A stretch of DNA of 64,000 nt from the NCBI GenBank assembly GCA_937889855.1, contig CALBYK010000248.1:16893-80892 (forward strand), in the 5' to 3' direction. Of the stretch, positions 1-9,348 are shown one piece after another. The notes beneath the pieces were generated by a model, which worked only from the letters and a program-made list of their open reading frames with translations, had not been told where the DNA came from and made no database searches. Position 1 is the first letter of the stretch. Each line of letters opens with the position of its first letter. The position numbers were made by a program, and so were the translations under genes. The DNA comes from an uncultured Prevotella sp. (GTDB lineage Bacteria; Bacteroidota; Bacteroidia; Bacteroidales; Bacteroidaceae).

Positions 1-249
1 CAACTCCGCCTTGTCCTTGGAGTGTATGAATATCACCTGCGTCTCACCGTCGGCGTCGCGGTTCTCGCGCATGCCTCCGTCGAGGGCTATGCAGTCAATC
101 CATCGCGGCAGGTCGGCCTTTGGTATGCGCCGTCCGAGCATCCGCTCGAAATTGACTATGAGGTTGAAGGCAACAGAGTCGGCGTAGTCGCCGTCAACGA
201 GAATGACGTTGCGGCTGAATCGGGTGTTGTTGAATTCCTGTATGTCCAT
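1..249 (-). CDS. Conserved Bacteroidales hypothetical protein (DUF6621-like), runs off the window edge
   Basis: Own translation from ATG at 249: MDIQEFNNTRFSRNVILVDGDYADSVAFNLIVNFERMLGRRIPKADLPRWIDCIALDGG..., open to position 1. Absent from the ORF track; family recalled from memory. Confidence 0.7.
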   Translation of the reverse strand, partial: MDIQEFNNTRFSRNVILVDGDYADSVAFNLIVNFERMLGRRIPKADLPRWIDCIALDGGMRENRDADGETQVIFIHSKDKAEL

Positions 250-289
250 TTCTTAATGTCGTGTAATGAAGAGAAGTGTCGAGGCACAA

Positions 290-715
290 TCACTTTTGCA
301 TCTCCTTGAGCATGGCCAGCGCCTTGTTCTCGGCAGCCTCCATTATCTCGCGTTCGCCCGGTCCCTTGTCGTTGATGCCGCAGAGGTGCAGTATGCCGTG
401 TATGATGACACGGTGGAGCTCGTCGTCATACTCCTTGCCAAATTGCTCGGCGTTGGTCCGCACGGTGTCAAGCGAGATGACGATGTCGCCGCTCACGATT
501 CCCGGCTCGTCGTAGTCGAAGGTGATGACGTCCGTGTAGTAGTCGTGTCCGAGATACTCGTTGTTTACCTCAAGAATCTTCTCGTCGTCAACGAACATGT
601 ATCCAATCTCGCCCACTTTGTAACCATAGGATGCGGCAACGGCACGTATCCATGCTGTTGTGTCGCGCTTTTTAATTTTCGGCATTCTCACGCCGTCTAC
701 ATTGTATGTAATCAT
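290..715 (-). CDS. ybeY: rRNA maturation endoribonuclease YbeY
   Basis: TDVITF and HGILHLCGIND (HxxxHxxG) motifs, 141 aa. Confidence 0.95.
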   Translation of the reverse strand: MITYNVDGVRMPKIKKRDTTAWIRAVAASYGYKVGEIGYMFVDDEKILEVNNEYLGHDYYTDVITFDYDEPGIVSGDIVISLDTVRTNAEQFGKEYDDELHRVIIHGILHLCGINDKGPGEREIMEAAENKALAMLKEMQK

Positions 716-1167
716 ATTTTCAGTTTTTCGGGAATAAAATCATCGCAGTCGCGTCCGAAATGTTTCAGCTCGCGCACCACCGTCGACGACACGCTTTCCA
801 TGCCAGGCAAGGCATAGAAGAGAACGGTCTCTATTCCGGTGAGACGGCGGTTGATGTCGGCTTGCTCGCGCTCAAACTCGAAGTCCTTGACCGAGCGCAC
901 GCCCTTCACTATGAAGGAGGCTCCCACACGGCGGGCAAAGTCGACAGTAAGGTCGCTATATTGTTCAACGTTGACGCGCGGCTCGTCAGCATACAGCCTC
1001 CTTATCGCCTCAACCCTCTCCTTCGGGGCAAGCATGTAGCGCTTGCTCTCGTTCACGCCCACCCCGATGACAAGGCGGTCGAAAAGCTTGAGGGCGCGGC
1101 TCACAATGGAGTCGTGGCCTATGGTGAACGGGTCGAATGACCCTACGAATATTCCGGTTCTTTGCAT
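712..1167 (-). CDS. coaD: Pantetheine-phosphate adenylyltransferase
   Basis: GSFDPFTIGH, KGVR..DFEFE and VSSTVVRE motifs. Confidence 0.97.
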   Translation of the reverse strand: MQRTGIFVGSFDPFTIGHDSIVSRALKLFDRLVIGVGVNESKRYMLAPKERVEAIRRLYADEPRVNVEQYSDLTVDFARRVGASFIVKGVRSVKDFEFEREQADINRRLTGIETVLFYALPGMESVSSTVVRELKHFGRDCDDFIPEKLKI

Positions 1168-1195
1168 TGCTTGTCGATGTGTTGTTTCGTATATG

Positions 1196-1245
1196 CAAAA
1201 TTACTATTTTTTATTTGAATCTTCCGAATTATTGATGTACTTTTG
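1196..1245. promoter_or_regulatory. Divergent Bacteroidetes primary-sigma -7 elements (TAnnTTTG)
   Basis: TAATTTTG on minus at 1196-1203 and TACTTTTG on plus at 1238-1245, between divergent genes. Confidence 0.65.
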
Positions 1246-1283
1246 CAGAGCAAAAGCAATTAAAAATAACACATTAATATAGT

Positions 1284-2513
1284 ATGGTACTCAACTACAT
1301 ATGGGTCGCTTTCTTTCTTATAGCCTTCTGCATAGCCGTAGTGCGGCTTGTATTCATGGGCGACACGGATGTATTCCCGGCAATAATCAACTCCACATTT
1401 GACACGTCAAAGACGGCCTTCGAGATATCGCTCGGTCTGACGGGCGTGCTCTCTCTGTGGCTCGGCATAATGAAGATAGGCGAGAAGGGTGGTGTGGTAA
1501 ACGCCCTGGCGCGTGTATTGTCCCCCGTCTTTACGCGTCTGTTTCCCGACATTCCCAAGGGCCATCCCGTAACGGGCAGCATCTTCATGAACGTTGCCGC
1601 CAACATGCTCGGCCTTGACAACGCCGCCACGCCGCTCGGCCTGCGCGCCATGGAGCAGCTCCAGCAACTCAATCCCAAGAAAGACACGGCAACAAACCCG
1701 ATGATAATGTTTCTCGTTCTCAACACCTCTGGCCTGACTCTCATACCGGTATCCATAATGGTGTACCGCGCCCAGATGGGTGCCGCGCAGCCCACCGACA
1801 TCTTCGTGCCGATACTCCTCGCCACGTTCTTCTCCACCCTTGCCGGCATCATCATCACATCGCTCTACCAGCGCATAAACCTCCTCAACCGTACCATGCT
1901 TCTTACGCTTGGCGGCATGTCGGCGGTGATAGCCGCCATCATATGGGGCTTCTCCCGGATGGACAAGGCTCAGATGAACGTCGTGAGCACGTCGGTTGCC
2001 AACATCCTGCTGATGCTCATCATCATTGTCTTCATCGTTGCCGGGCTGAGGAAGAAGGTGAATGTGTATGACGCGTTCATCGAGGGCGCAAAGGAGGGCT
2101 TTTCCACTGCTGTGCGCATCATACCTTATCTTGTCGCGATACTCGTGGGTATTGGTGTGTTCCGCGCTTCGGGAGCTATGGATATGCTCATCGACGGCAT
2201 CAAGTGGACTGTCGGCTCGCTTGGCGGCAACACCGACTTTGTCGGCGCGTTGCCCACGGCTCTGATGAAGCCTCTCTCGGGCAGCGGGGCAAGGGGCATG
2301 ATGGTTGACGCCATGACCACCTACGGAGCCGACTCGTTCGTGGGCCGCCTCTCGTGCGTGTTCCAAGGCTCCACCGACACCACGTTCTACATACTCGCTG
2401 TCTACTTCGGTTCCGTGGGCGTGCGGTACACGCGTCACGCTGTGGCATGCGGACTGCTCGCCGACCTGGCGGGAGTCGTGGCGGCAATAGCAATATGTTA
2501 CATGTTTTTTTAA
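1284..2513 (+). CDS. SpmA/SpmB fusion, nucleoside-recognition (gate) domain membrane protein
   Basis: ANMLGLDNAATPLG, KPLSGSGARG and GSTDTTFYILAVYFG motifs; polytopic. Confidence 0.88.
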   Translation: MVLNYIWVAFFLIAFCIAVVRLVFMGDTDVFPAIINSTFDTSKTAFEISLGLTGVLSLWLGIMKIGEKGGVVNALARVLSPVFTRLFPDIPKGHPVTGSIFMNVAANMLGLDNAATPLGLRAMEQLQQLNPKKDTATNPMIMFLVLNTSGLTLIPVSIMVYRAQMGAAQPTDIFVPILLATFFSTLAGIIITSLYQRINLLNRTMLLTLGGMSAVIAAIIWGFSRMDKAQMNVVSTSVANILLMLIIIVFIVAGLRKKVNVYDAFIEGAKEGFSTAVRIIPYLVAILVGIGVFRASGAMDMLIDGIKWTVGSLGGNTDFVGALPTALMKPLSGSGARGMMVDAMTTYGADSFVGRLSCVFQGSTDTTFYILAVYFGSVGVRYTRHAVACGLLADLAGVVAAIAICYMFF

Positions 2514-2519
2514 GAATAT

Positions 2520-4007
2520 ATGGCAAATCTGAAAAGTTTGGCAAAAGACACTGCCATCTACGGTCTGAGCAGTATAGCCGGCCGTTTCATCAACTACCTG
2601 CTCGTGCCCATACAGACCACGGCGTTCGCCGCGAGCGGCGGACAGTATGGCGTAGTGACCAACATTTACGCCTATACGGCGCTGCTTCTCGTAATCCTTA
2701 CATACGGCATGGAGACTACCTTCTTCCGCTATGTCAACAAGACGGAGGAGAACCCGCAGACGGTCTATTCAACCGTGCTCATCAGCGTAGGCTCGACGGC
2801 GGCGCTGTTCGTGGCGCTCGTGTTCGCGTTCCTGCCGCAGATAGCGACGTTCATGAAGTATCCCGACCATGAGTCGTGGGTGGCTGTGATGTTCCTCTGC
2901 GTGGCGATAGACGCCTTCAAGTGCATACCATTCGCTTATCTGCGCTACCAGAAGAAAGCGCTGAAGTTCGCCTGCCTGCAGCTGGTGAACATCATTCTCA
3001 ACATCGTGCTCAACCTGCTCTACCTCATTGTGCTTCCGGCTCTGAGGCTTAACCCCTTCGGACTTTACGACGAGCACTTCACAGTTGACGTTGGCATGGT
3101 GTTCTACATCAACCTCATATGCACCGCTGTCGTGCTGCTGTGCTTCTGGCGCGAGCTGACGGGATTCCGCTGGCGTTTCGACGTGAAACTGTGGAGGCGC
3201 ATGCTGCGCTACGCCATGCCGCTGCTGGTGCTCGGCATTGCCGGAATATTGAACCAGACGCTCGACAAGATAATCTTCCCCTATCTATACGACGGAGCCG
3301 ACGAGAAGACACAGCTCGGCATCTACGGTGCCGCCACCAAGGTGGCGATGATTATGGCTATGATAACCCAGGCGTTCCGCTACGCCTACGAGCCGTTCGT
3401 CTTCGGCAAGGCGAAGGACAAGGACAACCGCGACACCTACGCCAAGGCTATGAAGTATTTTATCATCTTTACGCTTCTGGCGTTCCTCGTCGTCATTGCC
3501 TATCTCGACGTGTTGCGCTTCATCATTCCTAACAAAAGCTATTGGCCCGGTCTGCGCGTCGTGCCTATCGTGATGGCAGCCGAGATAATGATGGGTATAT
3601 ACTTCAACCTCTCGTTCTGGTACAAGCTCATCGACAAGACCATCTACGGCGCGTGGTTCTCTGCCGCCGGATGTCTGGTGCTCGTTCTGGTGAACGTGCT
3701 GTTCGTGCCTAAGTTCAGCTACATGGCTTGCGCGTGGGGCGGCGTGGCTGGCTACGGCACGGCAATGGTGCTGTCGTACATCATCGGACAGAAGAAATAT
3801 CCTATCGACTATCCGCTGAAGTCCATCTTCGTGTATGTGGCGATAGTCGCCGTATTCTACGTGCTGATGAACCTCGCCAACGAGCATCTGTCCAAGCTCT
3901 GGGCTTTGGCTGCCAATACGGTGCTGGTGATAGCTTTCATAGGACATATCGTATACCACGACCTGCCGCTCAAAGGACTGCCCGTAGTGGGCAAATACTT
4001 CCGGTAG
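2520..4007 (+). CDS. MOP-superfamily polysaccharide/lipid II flippase-like protein
   Basis: Many TM segments; LAKDTAIYGLSSI and TYGMETTFFR typical of this Bacteroidales family. Confidence 0.8.
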   Translation: MANLKSLAKDTAIYGLSSIAGRFINYLLVPIQTTAFAASGGQYGVVTNIYAYTALLLVILTYGMETTFFRYVNKTEENPQTVYSTVLISVGSTAALFVALVFAFLPQIATFMKYPDHESWVAVMFLCVAIDAFKCIPFAYLRYQKKALKFACLQLVNIILNIVLNLLYLIVLPALRLNPFGLYDEHFTVDVGMVFYINLICTAVVLLCFWRELTGFRWRFDVKLWRRMLRYAMPLLVLGIAGILNQTLDKIIFPYLYDGADEKTQLGIYGAATKVAMIMAMITQAFRYAYEPFVFGKAKDKDNRDTYAKAMKYFIIFTLLAFLVVIAYLDVLRFIIPNKSYWPGLRVVPIVMAAEIMMGIYFNLSFWYKLIDKTIYGAWFSAAGCLVLVLVNVLFVPKFSYMACAWGGVAGYGTAMVLSYIIGQKKYPIDYPLKSIFVYVAIVAVFYVLMNLANEHLSKLWALAANTVLVIAFIGHIVYHDLPLKGLPVVGKYFR

Positions 4008-4010
4008 GTG

Positions 4011-4108
4011 TAGGAGGTACGGTCTCCGAGCCGTACCACAGAGCATACAGACAATATTATATATCGTGATTTATATAGCGTGGTACGGTTCGGAGACCGT
4101 ACCTCCTA
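4011..4108. repeat. REPIN-like inverted doublet
   Basis: 29-bp arms at 4011-4039 and 4080-4108 (1 mismatch), each with internal hairpin GGTACGG..CCGTACC. Confidence 0.8.
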
Positions 4109-4133
4109 AGAAAAGACCAACAACAATAAGAAT

Positions 4134-6248
4134 ATGAAAAAGAAAAACCTATTCCTCGCGGCTACGCTGATGCTTTCGTCAGCCGCCGCTCATGCCGACG
4201 AAGGCATGTGGACGCTCTACAACCTGCCTCAGGCGGTGTATGAACAGATGAAGAGCTACGGTTTCTCGGCTCCATACGAGAAACTCTACCAGGCAGACGA
4301 TGCCATTATGAAATCAGTAGTGAACTTCTCGGGCTATTGCTCCGGTGTCGTGGTGTCGCCCGACGGACTCGTGCTCACCAACCACCACTGTGGTTTTGAG
4401 GCCATCCGCTCCCATTCCACCGTTGAGCACGACTATATGCTCAATGGCTTCTACGCCAAGACCTATGCCGACGAGCTGCCCAACAAGGACATGTTCGTCA
4501 GCTTCATGGTGGAGCAGAAGGACATCACTCCCGAGCTGGAGAAGCGCGGCTTCAAGGAGATGACGGGTGAGCAGCGCGCGAAGCTCCTCAACGAGGTGGA
4601 GAACGAGATGATAAAGGAAGTGCACGCCAAGGACCCGTCGCTTGAACTCGAGATAAAGCCGTTCTACGAAGGCAACAAGTATTTCGCCACAACCTACCGC
4701 ACGTTCAACGACCTGCGCCTCGTGTTCACCATCCCGAAGTCGATGGGCAAGTTTGGCGGCGAGACCGACAACTGGATGTGGCCGCGCCAGACCTGCGACT
4801 ACTCCGTGTTCCGCATCTATGCCGACCCGAAGACCAACGGTCCGGCTGCCTACTCGAAGGACAACGTGCCCTATCATCCGAAGCACTGGACCAAGGTGTC
4901 GATGGACGGCTACAAGCAGGGCGACTTCGCCATGACAATAGGCTATCCAGGCTCCACCGAGCGCTATCTGTCAAGCTACGGCATACGCGAGATGCGCGAC
5001 GCCGAGAACGCTCCACGCGCCCAGATACGCGGCGTGAAGCAGGACGTGATGATCAAGCACATGCGCGCCGACGAGGCTGTGCGCATCAAGTATGACTCGA
5101 AGTACGCGCAGAGTTCAAACTACTGGAAGAATTCGCTCGGTATGAACAAGTGCATCGACTCCGTGGGCATCATCCGCCAGAAGGCCGACTTTGAGGACCG
5201 CATCATGGAATACCAGAAGTGGACGGGCTACCTCAAGGGCAAGCTCGACTTCGACAAGATGGCGCGGCTCTACCAGAAGCGTTTCGACGTGGATAAGGAG
5301 AACACAGCATGGCGCGAGTCGTTCCAGCGCACAAGCGAGTTCAACACACGTGCCATAACACTCGCCAACATGGTGAAGGGCAACACTACCAAGGGCAAGA
5401 AGACCTACACCTTCGACGACAACAGCGCCGAGTGGGACGAGGCTCTCGACAAGGACGTGCAGGCTACGCTCATCGACAACTTCCGCCAGTATCTCCCCGC
5501 CGACCGTCTGCCGGAGTTCTACAAGACCATAGAGAAGAAGTTCGGAGGCGACGCGCACAAGTATGTCGACTGGCTCTACTCTACATCTGTGCTGATGAAG
5601 TCGGGCAAGAAGATTACCCTCAGCGACAAGGCTCTAAAGAACGACCCGGGCTACCAGTATGGCAAACAGCTTATAGCCATCCGCGAGGCAGAACTGCCTG
5701 TATTTCGCGAGGTGGGCGACTCCATCAACGAGCAGGAGCGCTATCTCTGCGACGCCAAGGTGCGCTATGAGCAGGAACTGCCCCACTACAGCGACGCCAA
5801 CTTCACCATGCGCCTCTCCTACGGACAGGTGGGCGGCTATATGCTCGGCGGCGAGCCTTCGGGCTACTACACCGATGCTGCCTCCATCGTGCGCAAGATG
5901 GAGTCGGGCGAGAAAGGCACCATCGACTACCAGGCCGAGCCTGTGATGAAGCAGCTCCTCTCAGCCAACGATTTCGGCAAGTACACCGACAAGACCAGCG
6001 GCAAGATGCAACTCTGCTTCCTCACCAACAACGACATCACGGGCGGCAACTCCGGCTCGCCGATGTTCGACGGCAAGGGCAACCTCATCGGACTCGCCTT
6101 CGACGGCAACTGGGACTCGCTCTCGAGCGACATCTGGTTTGACAAGAAGCTGGCGCGCTGCATCGGCGTCGACATCCGCTACGTCATCTATCTGATGGAC
6201 AAGTGGGGACACGCCGACCGCCTGCTCAAGGAAATGGGTGTAGAATAA
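4134..6248 (+). CDS. dpp7: S46 dipeptidyl-peptidase, DPP7 type
   Basis: Signal peptide then DEGMW; TNHHC; DITGGNSGSP; Gly 18 residues after the catalytic Ser (FDGNW), the DPP7 rather than DPP11 signature. Confidence 0.88.
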   Translation: MKKKNLFLAATLMLSSAAAHADEGMWTLYNLPQAVYEQMKSYGFSAPYEKLYQADDAIMKSVVNFSGYCSGVVVSPDGLVLTNHHCGFEAIRSHSTVEHDYMLNGFYAKTYADELPNKDMFVSFMVEQKDITPELEKRGFKEMTGEQRAKLLNEVENEMIKEVHAKDPSLELEIKPFYEGNKYFATTYRTFNDLRLVFTIPKSMGKFGGETDNWMWPRQTCDYSVFRIYADPKTNGPAAYSKDNVPYHPKHWTKVSMDGYKQGDFAMTIGYPGSTERYLSSYGIREMRDAENAPRAQIRGVKQDVMIKHMRADEAVRIKYDSKYAQSSNYWKNSLGMNKCIDSVGIIRQKADFEDRIMEYQKWTGYLKGKLDFDKMARLYQKRFDVDKENTAWRESFQRTSEFNTRAITLANMVKGNTTKGKKTYTFDDNSAEWDEALDKDVQATLIDNFRQYLPADRLPEFYKTIEKKFGGDAHKYVDWLYSTSVLMKSGKKITLSDKALKNDPGYQYGKQLIAIREAELPVFREVGDSINEQERYLCDAKVRYEQELPHYSDANFTMRLSYGQVGGYMLGGEPSGYYTDAASIVRKMESGEKGTIDYQAEPVMKQLLSANDFGKYTDKTSGKMQLCFLTNNDITGGNSGSPMFDGKGNLIGLAFDGNWDSLSSDIWFDKKLARCIGVDIRYVIYLMDKWGHADRLLKEMGVE

Positions 6249-6251
6249 AAT

Positions 6252-6283
6252 TGGAGGTGTCGAGCTTCCGCTCGGCACCTCCA
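6252..6283. repeat. Intergenic hairpin (REP-like or RNA stability element)
   Basis: TGGAGGTGTCGAGC-TTCC-GCTCGGCACCTCCA, no U tract. Confidence 0.55.
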
Positions 6284-6298
6284 TGATAACTATTACGT

Positions 6299-7969
6299 AT
6301 GAAAAAGATTCTTTTCTTTATATTCTCGGTCTTGGCATCGCTCTCCGCGACCGCCCAGAACACGAGCGACCATAACTTCAGCGTGGCGAAGAACCTCGAC
6401 ATATTCAACGCCATCTACCGCAACCTCGACCTCATGTATGTCGACACGCTCGACGCCGACAAGGCGGTGGGCACCGCCATACGCGCCATGCTCGGCTCGC
6501 TCGACCCCTACACCGAGTATTATCCCGAGGACAAGGCCGGCGAGTACAAGCAGATGCTCACGGGCAAGTATGCCGGCATAGGCTCCATCATCAGCTACAG
6601 CTTCACGCGCAAGCGCGTCGTCATCAACGAGCCTTACGAGGGCATGCCGGCAGCCGAGGCTGGACTGAAGAAGGGCGACATCATCCTCAGTATAGACGGC
6701 GAGTCGATGGAGGGCAAGACCACGTCGTATGTCAGCGACCACCTGCGCGGCGATGCCGGCACGACAATGGTGCTCAAGATTGAGCGTCCGTCGACGGGCA
6801 AGAAGATGACGCTCAAGGTGCAGCGGCGCGCCATACAGATGCCTTATCTTCCTTACTACGGACTCCAGGCCGACGGCATTGGCTACATCAACTACAACCA
6901 GTTTGTGGAAGGCAGCGCCAAGGACGTGCGGCGCGCCTTTCTCGACATGCGCGGCAAGGGCATGAACGGACTTGTGCTTGACTTGCGAGGCAACGGCGGT
7001 GGCTCTGTGTCGGAGGCGGTGCAGATACTCAACATGTTCCTGCCTAAGGGCAAGCAGCTGCTCGAGATGCGCGGCAAGGTGAAGAACTCTAACCAGAAAT
7101 ACTTCACCACCGTGGAGCCTATCGACACCGTGATGCCCATCGTGGTGCTCGTCAACGACGGCACGGCAAGCGCGAGCGAGATAACGAGCGGAGCGCTGCA
7201 GGACTACGACCGAGCCGTGATTCTCGGCACGCGCACCTATGGCAAGGGACTTGTGCAGGTGCCTAACGTGCCGCTGCCCTACAACGGCAAGCTCAAGCTC
7301 ACTACTGCCAAGTACTACATCCCCTCGGGACGCTGCATCCAGGCACGGCGCTACAAGCACACCGACAACGGATATGTGGCACAGGAGGTGCCCGACTCGC
7401 TTACGCATGAGTTCCGCACTGCCGCAGGACGCATCGTGCGCGATGGCGGTGGCATCAAGCCGGATGTAGAGGTGAAGCCCGACTCGCTGCCAAACATAGC
7501 CTTCTATCTCTCGCGTGTGGACACTACGGACATCTTGCTCAACTATGAGATTGACTATATCGCCAAGCATCCAACGGTGGCAAAGCCGTCGGAGTTTGAA
7601 TTGTCTGACGGTGAATATGAAGAGTTTAAGAAACTGGTGATAAAGAGCGGGTTTACATACGACCAGGTGAGCGAGAAGTATCTTAAGGACCTTGAGCAAC
7701 TCGCGCGTTTCGAGGGCTACTACGATGACGCAAAGGACGAGTTTGAGGCTCTTTCCAAGAAACTCAAACACAACATCGCCAAGGACCTCGACTACCCGGT
7801 CAACAAGAAGAGCATAAAGGAATTGATTGCCTCCGACCTCATGTCGGCTTACTATTTTGAGAGGGGAACCATAGAAAATGGACTGCGGTCGGACAAGCAG
7901 ATGACGGAGGCTGTGAGGCTCCTGAAGAATAAGGACGAGTATAGACGGCTGCTCAAACCGAATCTTTGA
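6299..7969 (+). CDS. S41 C-terminal processing peptidase (CtpA/Prc family, PDZ)
   Basis: LDPYT, DLRGNGGG, TASASEI and TYGKGLVQ motifs; signal peptide. Confidence 0.93.
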   Translation: MKKILFFIFSVLASLSATAQNTSDHNFSVAKNLDIFNAIYRNLDLMYVDTLDADKAVGTAIRAMLGSLDPYTEYYPEDKAGEYKQMLTGKYAGIGSIISYSFTRKRVVINEPYEGMPAAEAGLKKGDIILSIDGESMEGKTTSYVSDHLRGDAGTTMVLKIERPSTGKKMTLKVQRRAIQMPYLPYYGLQADGIGYINYNQFVEGSAKDVRRAFLDMRGKGMNGLVLDLRGNGGGSVSEAVQILNMFLPKGKQLLEMRGKVKNSNQKYFTTVEPIDTVMPIVVLVNDGTASASEITSGALQDYDRAVILGTRTYGKGLVQVPNVPLPYNGKLKLTTAKYYIPSGRCIQARRYKHTDNGYVAQEVPDSLTHEFRTAAGRIVRDGGGIKPDVEVKPDSLPNIAFYLSRVDTTDILLNYEIDYIAKHPTVAKPSEFELSDGEYEEFKKLVIKSGFTYDQVSEKYLKDLEQLARFEGYYDDAKDEFEALSKKLKHNIAKDLDYPVNKKSIKELIASDLMSAYYFERGTIENGLRSDKQMTEAVRLLKNKDEYRRLLKPNL

Positions 7970-7997
7970 GGCATTAGGGACATGCTTCTGATGAGAT

Positions 7998-8058
7998 ATA
8001 CAAAAGAGACTGAGCGAAGTGAAAATGTCATTTTCACTTCGCTCAGTCTCTTTTGTAT
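7998..8058. terminator. Perfect 30-bp inverted repeat, probable bidirectional terminator
   Basis: ATACAAAAGAGACTGAGCGAAGTGAAAATG-T-reverse complement, between convergent genes. Confidence 0.75.
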
Positions 8059-8082
8059 TAAGTAGTTGTGCAAAATAATCAT

Positions 8083-8170
8083 TACCATACAATGGTAACA
8101 TTGTTTCCAGGCTTCGGTAACATTGTTACCAGGGCTTTGTAATGCTATTACAAAGCCTTGGTAAGTGGTG
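8083..8170. repeat. 4 x 22-bp tandem array, palindromic core TACCAnnnnnTGGTA (family A)
   Basis: Units TACCATACAATGGTAACATTGT / TTCCAGGCTTCGGTAACATTGT / TACCAGGGCTTTGTAATGCTAT / TACAAAGCCTTGGTAAGTGGTG. Confidence 0.85.
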
Positions 8171-8174
8171 GCAA

Positions 8175-8537
8175 TCACAATACATGGAAGCTATCCATGA
8201 AATAGTAGAACACATAAACAACCACTATGCCGAATAATATCCTTGATGCCCCGACAAACGATTTTCTGTCACCAAGTCTGTAATTCTTGTATAGTATGAG
8301 CATACTTACTATGGCTGCCAGCAATGCCGACACATTCGAAAGAATGCTCATTGACAAATGATTGCCTATTATGCTAAGAATCATTATCCAAAACAACAAT
8401 GCTGTTACCTCAAGCTCTATCCTCTGCAGCTTTATAGGCAATGTCAAATTCTCATATTCTTCTTTGTATATATTATAGCAGCTGGCTGCCGTAAAAATAG
8501 TACACAGAGTGACAACGATGTAAAACATGTAATCCAT
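8175..8537 (-). CDS. Small 4-TM membrane protein (immunity-like position)
   Basis: 120 aa, four hydrophobic segments, AT-rich, 24 bp downstream of the lipoprotein gene. Confidence 0.7.
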   Translation of the reverse strand: MDYMFYIVVTLCTIFTAASCYNIYKEEYENLTLPIKLQRIELEVTALLFWIMILSIIGNHLSMSILSNVSALLAAIVSMLILYKNYRLGDRKSFVGASRILFGIVVVYVFYYFMDSFHVL

Positions 8538-8561
8538 AACTTTAACTTTATTATTATATTA

Positions 8562-9326
8562 TTATTTTAAACATTCCTGATAGCTGCTGTAAGCATCATT
8601 GCGACAATTCTCAAGTTCAAGAACAGCATAGCAATAAGAGGCATAAGTCACTGCCAGCGCAACTCCTGACGGAGAAGCAGCAATTCCCCCAACGGTCGTT
8701 AAGGCAACTGTAATGTAAAAGCTCTGCTGGCAATTGTTAAGACGTCTTATATAGCTTTTCTTACAAGCCTCTGGAGAATTTGCCACTGTCTTGTTGGGAT
8801 TAAGACTCGCGTCCACAACATCTGTAAACTCCCTTGACAACTTCAAGTTGGCTTGAAGGGTCTTGTCTGAATTACTCATATTGATTCCCGTCGAAATATT
8901 GTCAGAGAAATTGTATGGCTGTGCATTCAGATTTGCCCTAACGATATTCTCGACTTCAGGGGAAAAGTTTCTATTTACAAATGCGAGCAGGCTATCAGCA
9001 TCCATTGACATTATTTCAAGTTCCTCCTTTGAGGGATTCTCTTTTATCCGCAACTTCACCTCTGGGTGCGCCTTGTAAAATGCTTTTGATGTAGAGTCTA
9101 GTTTTTCAGCCATGGCAACCAAATCATCATACGTCAAGTTGCCATCCGCTCTTGTATGTCCAATGCCATTGATTATGGACTCTTGTGATGCGACATAAAG
9201 GTTCAAGTCTCTGTCAAAGTTTCTCTCTCTTTGCGTGTTATCAGCAGTCTGCTCATTATTGCAGCTCGTAAGGCCAACAATAAATGACAACACACAAAAA
9301 ACTAATACATAATAGTTTCTTTTCAT
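8562..9326 (-). CDS. Hypothetical lipoprotein with C-terminal twin CX10C-flanked hydrophobic hairpin
   Basis: Lipobox LTSC, polar/acidic residues after Cys, TRA motif, Cys-rich C-terminus. Confidence 0.8.
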   Translation of the reverse strand: MKRNYYVLVFCVLSFIVGLTSCNNEQTADNTQRERNFDRDLNLYVASQESIINGIGHTRADGNLTYDDLVAMAEKLDSTSKAFYKAHPEVKLRIKENPSKEELEIMSMDADSLLAFVNRNFSPEVENIVRANLNAQPYNFSDNISTGINMSNSDKTLQANLKLSREFTDVVDASLNPNKTVANSPEACKKSYIRRLNNCQQSFYITVALTTVGGIAASPSGVALAVTYASYCYAVLELENCRNDAYSSYQECLK

Positions 9327-9348
9327 AAATTTAAGTTTTTAATGTTTT

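Noticed and set aside
6293..8101. 602-aa minus-strand ORF, and similar long antisense ORFs (1407..2438, 20574..21488, 45881..47032, 52714..53748)
   Set aside because: Shadows of well-supported GC-rich genes on the opposite strand; no recognisable motifs
8083..8170. 22-bp arrays (also at 31606 and 54467) as mini-CRISPRs or plasmid iterons
   Set aside because: Units are contiguous and degenerate with no unique spacers; no cas or rep gene nearby
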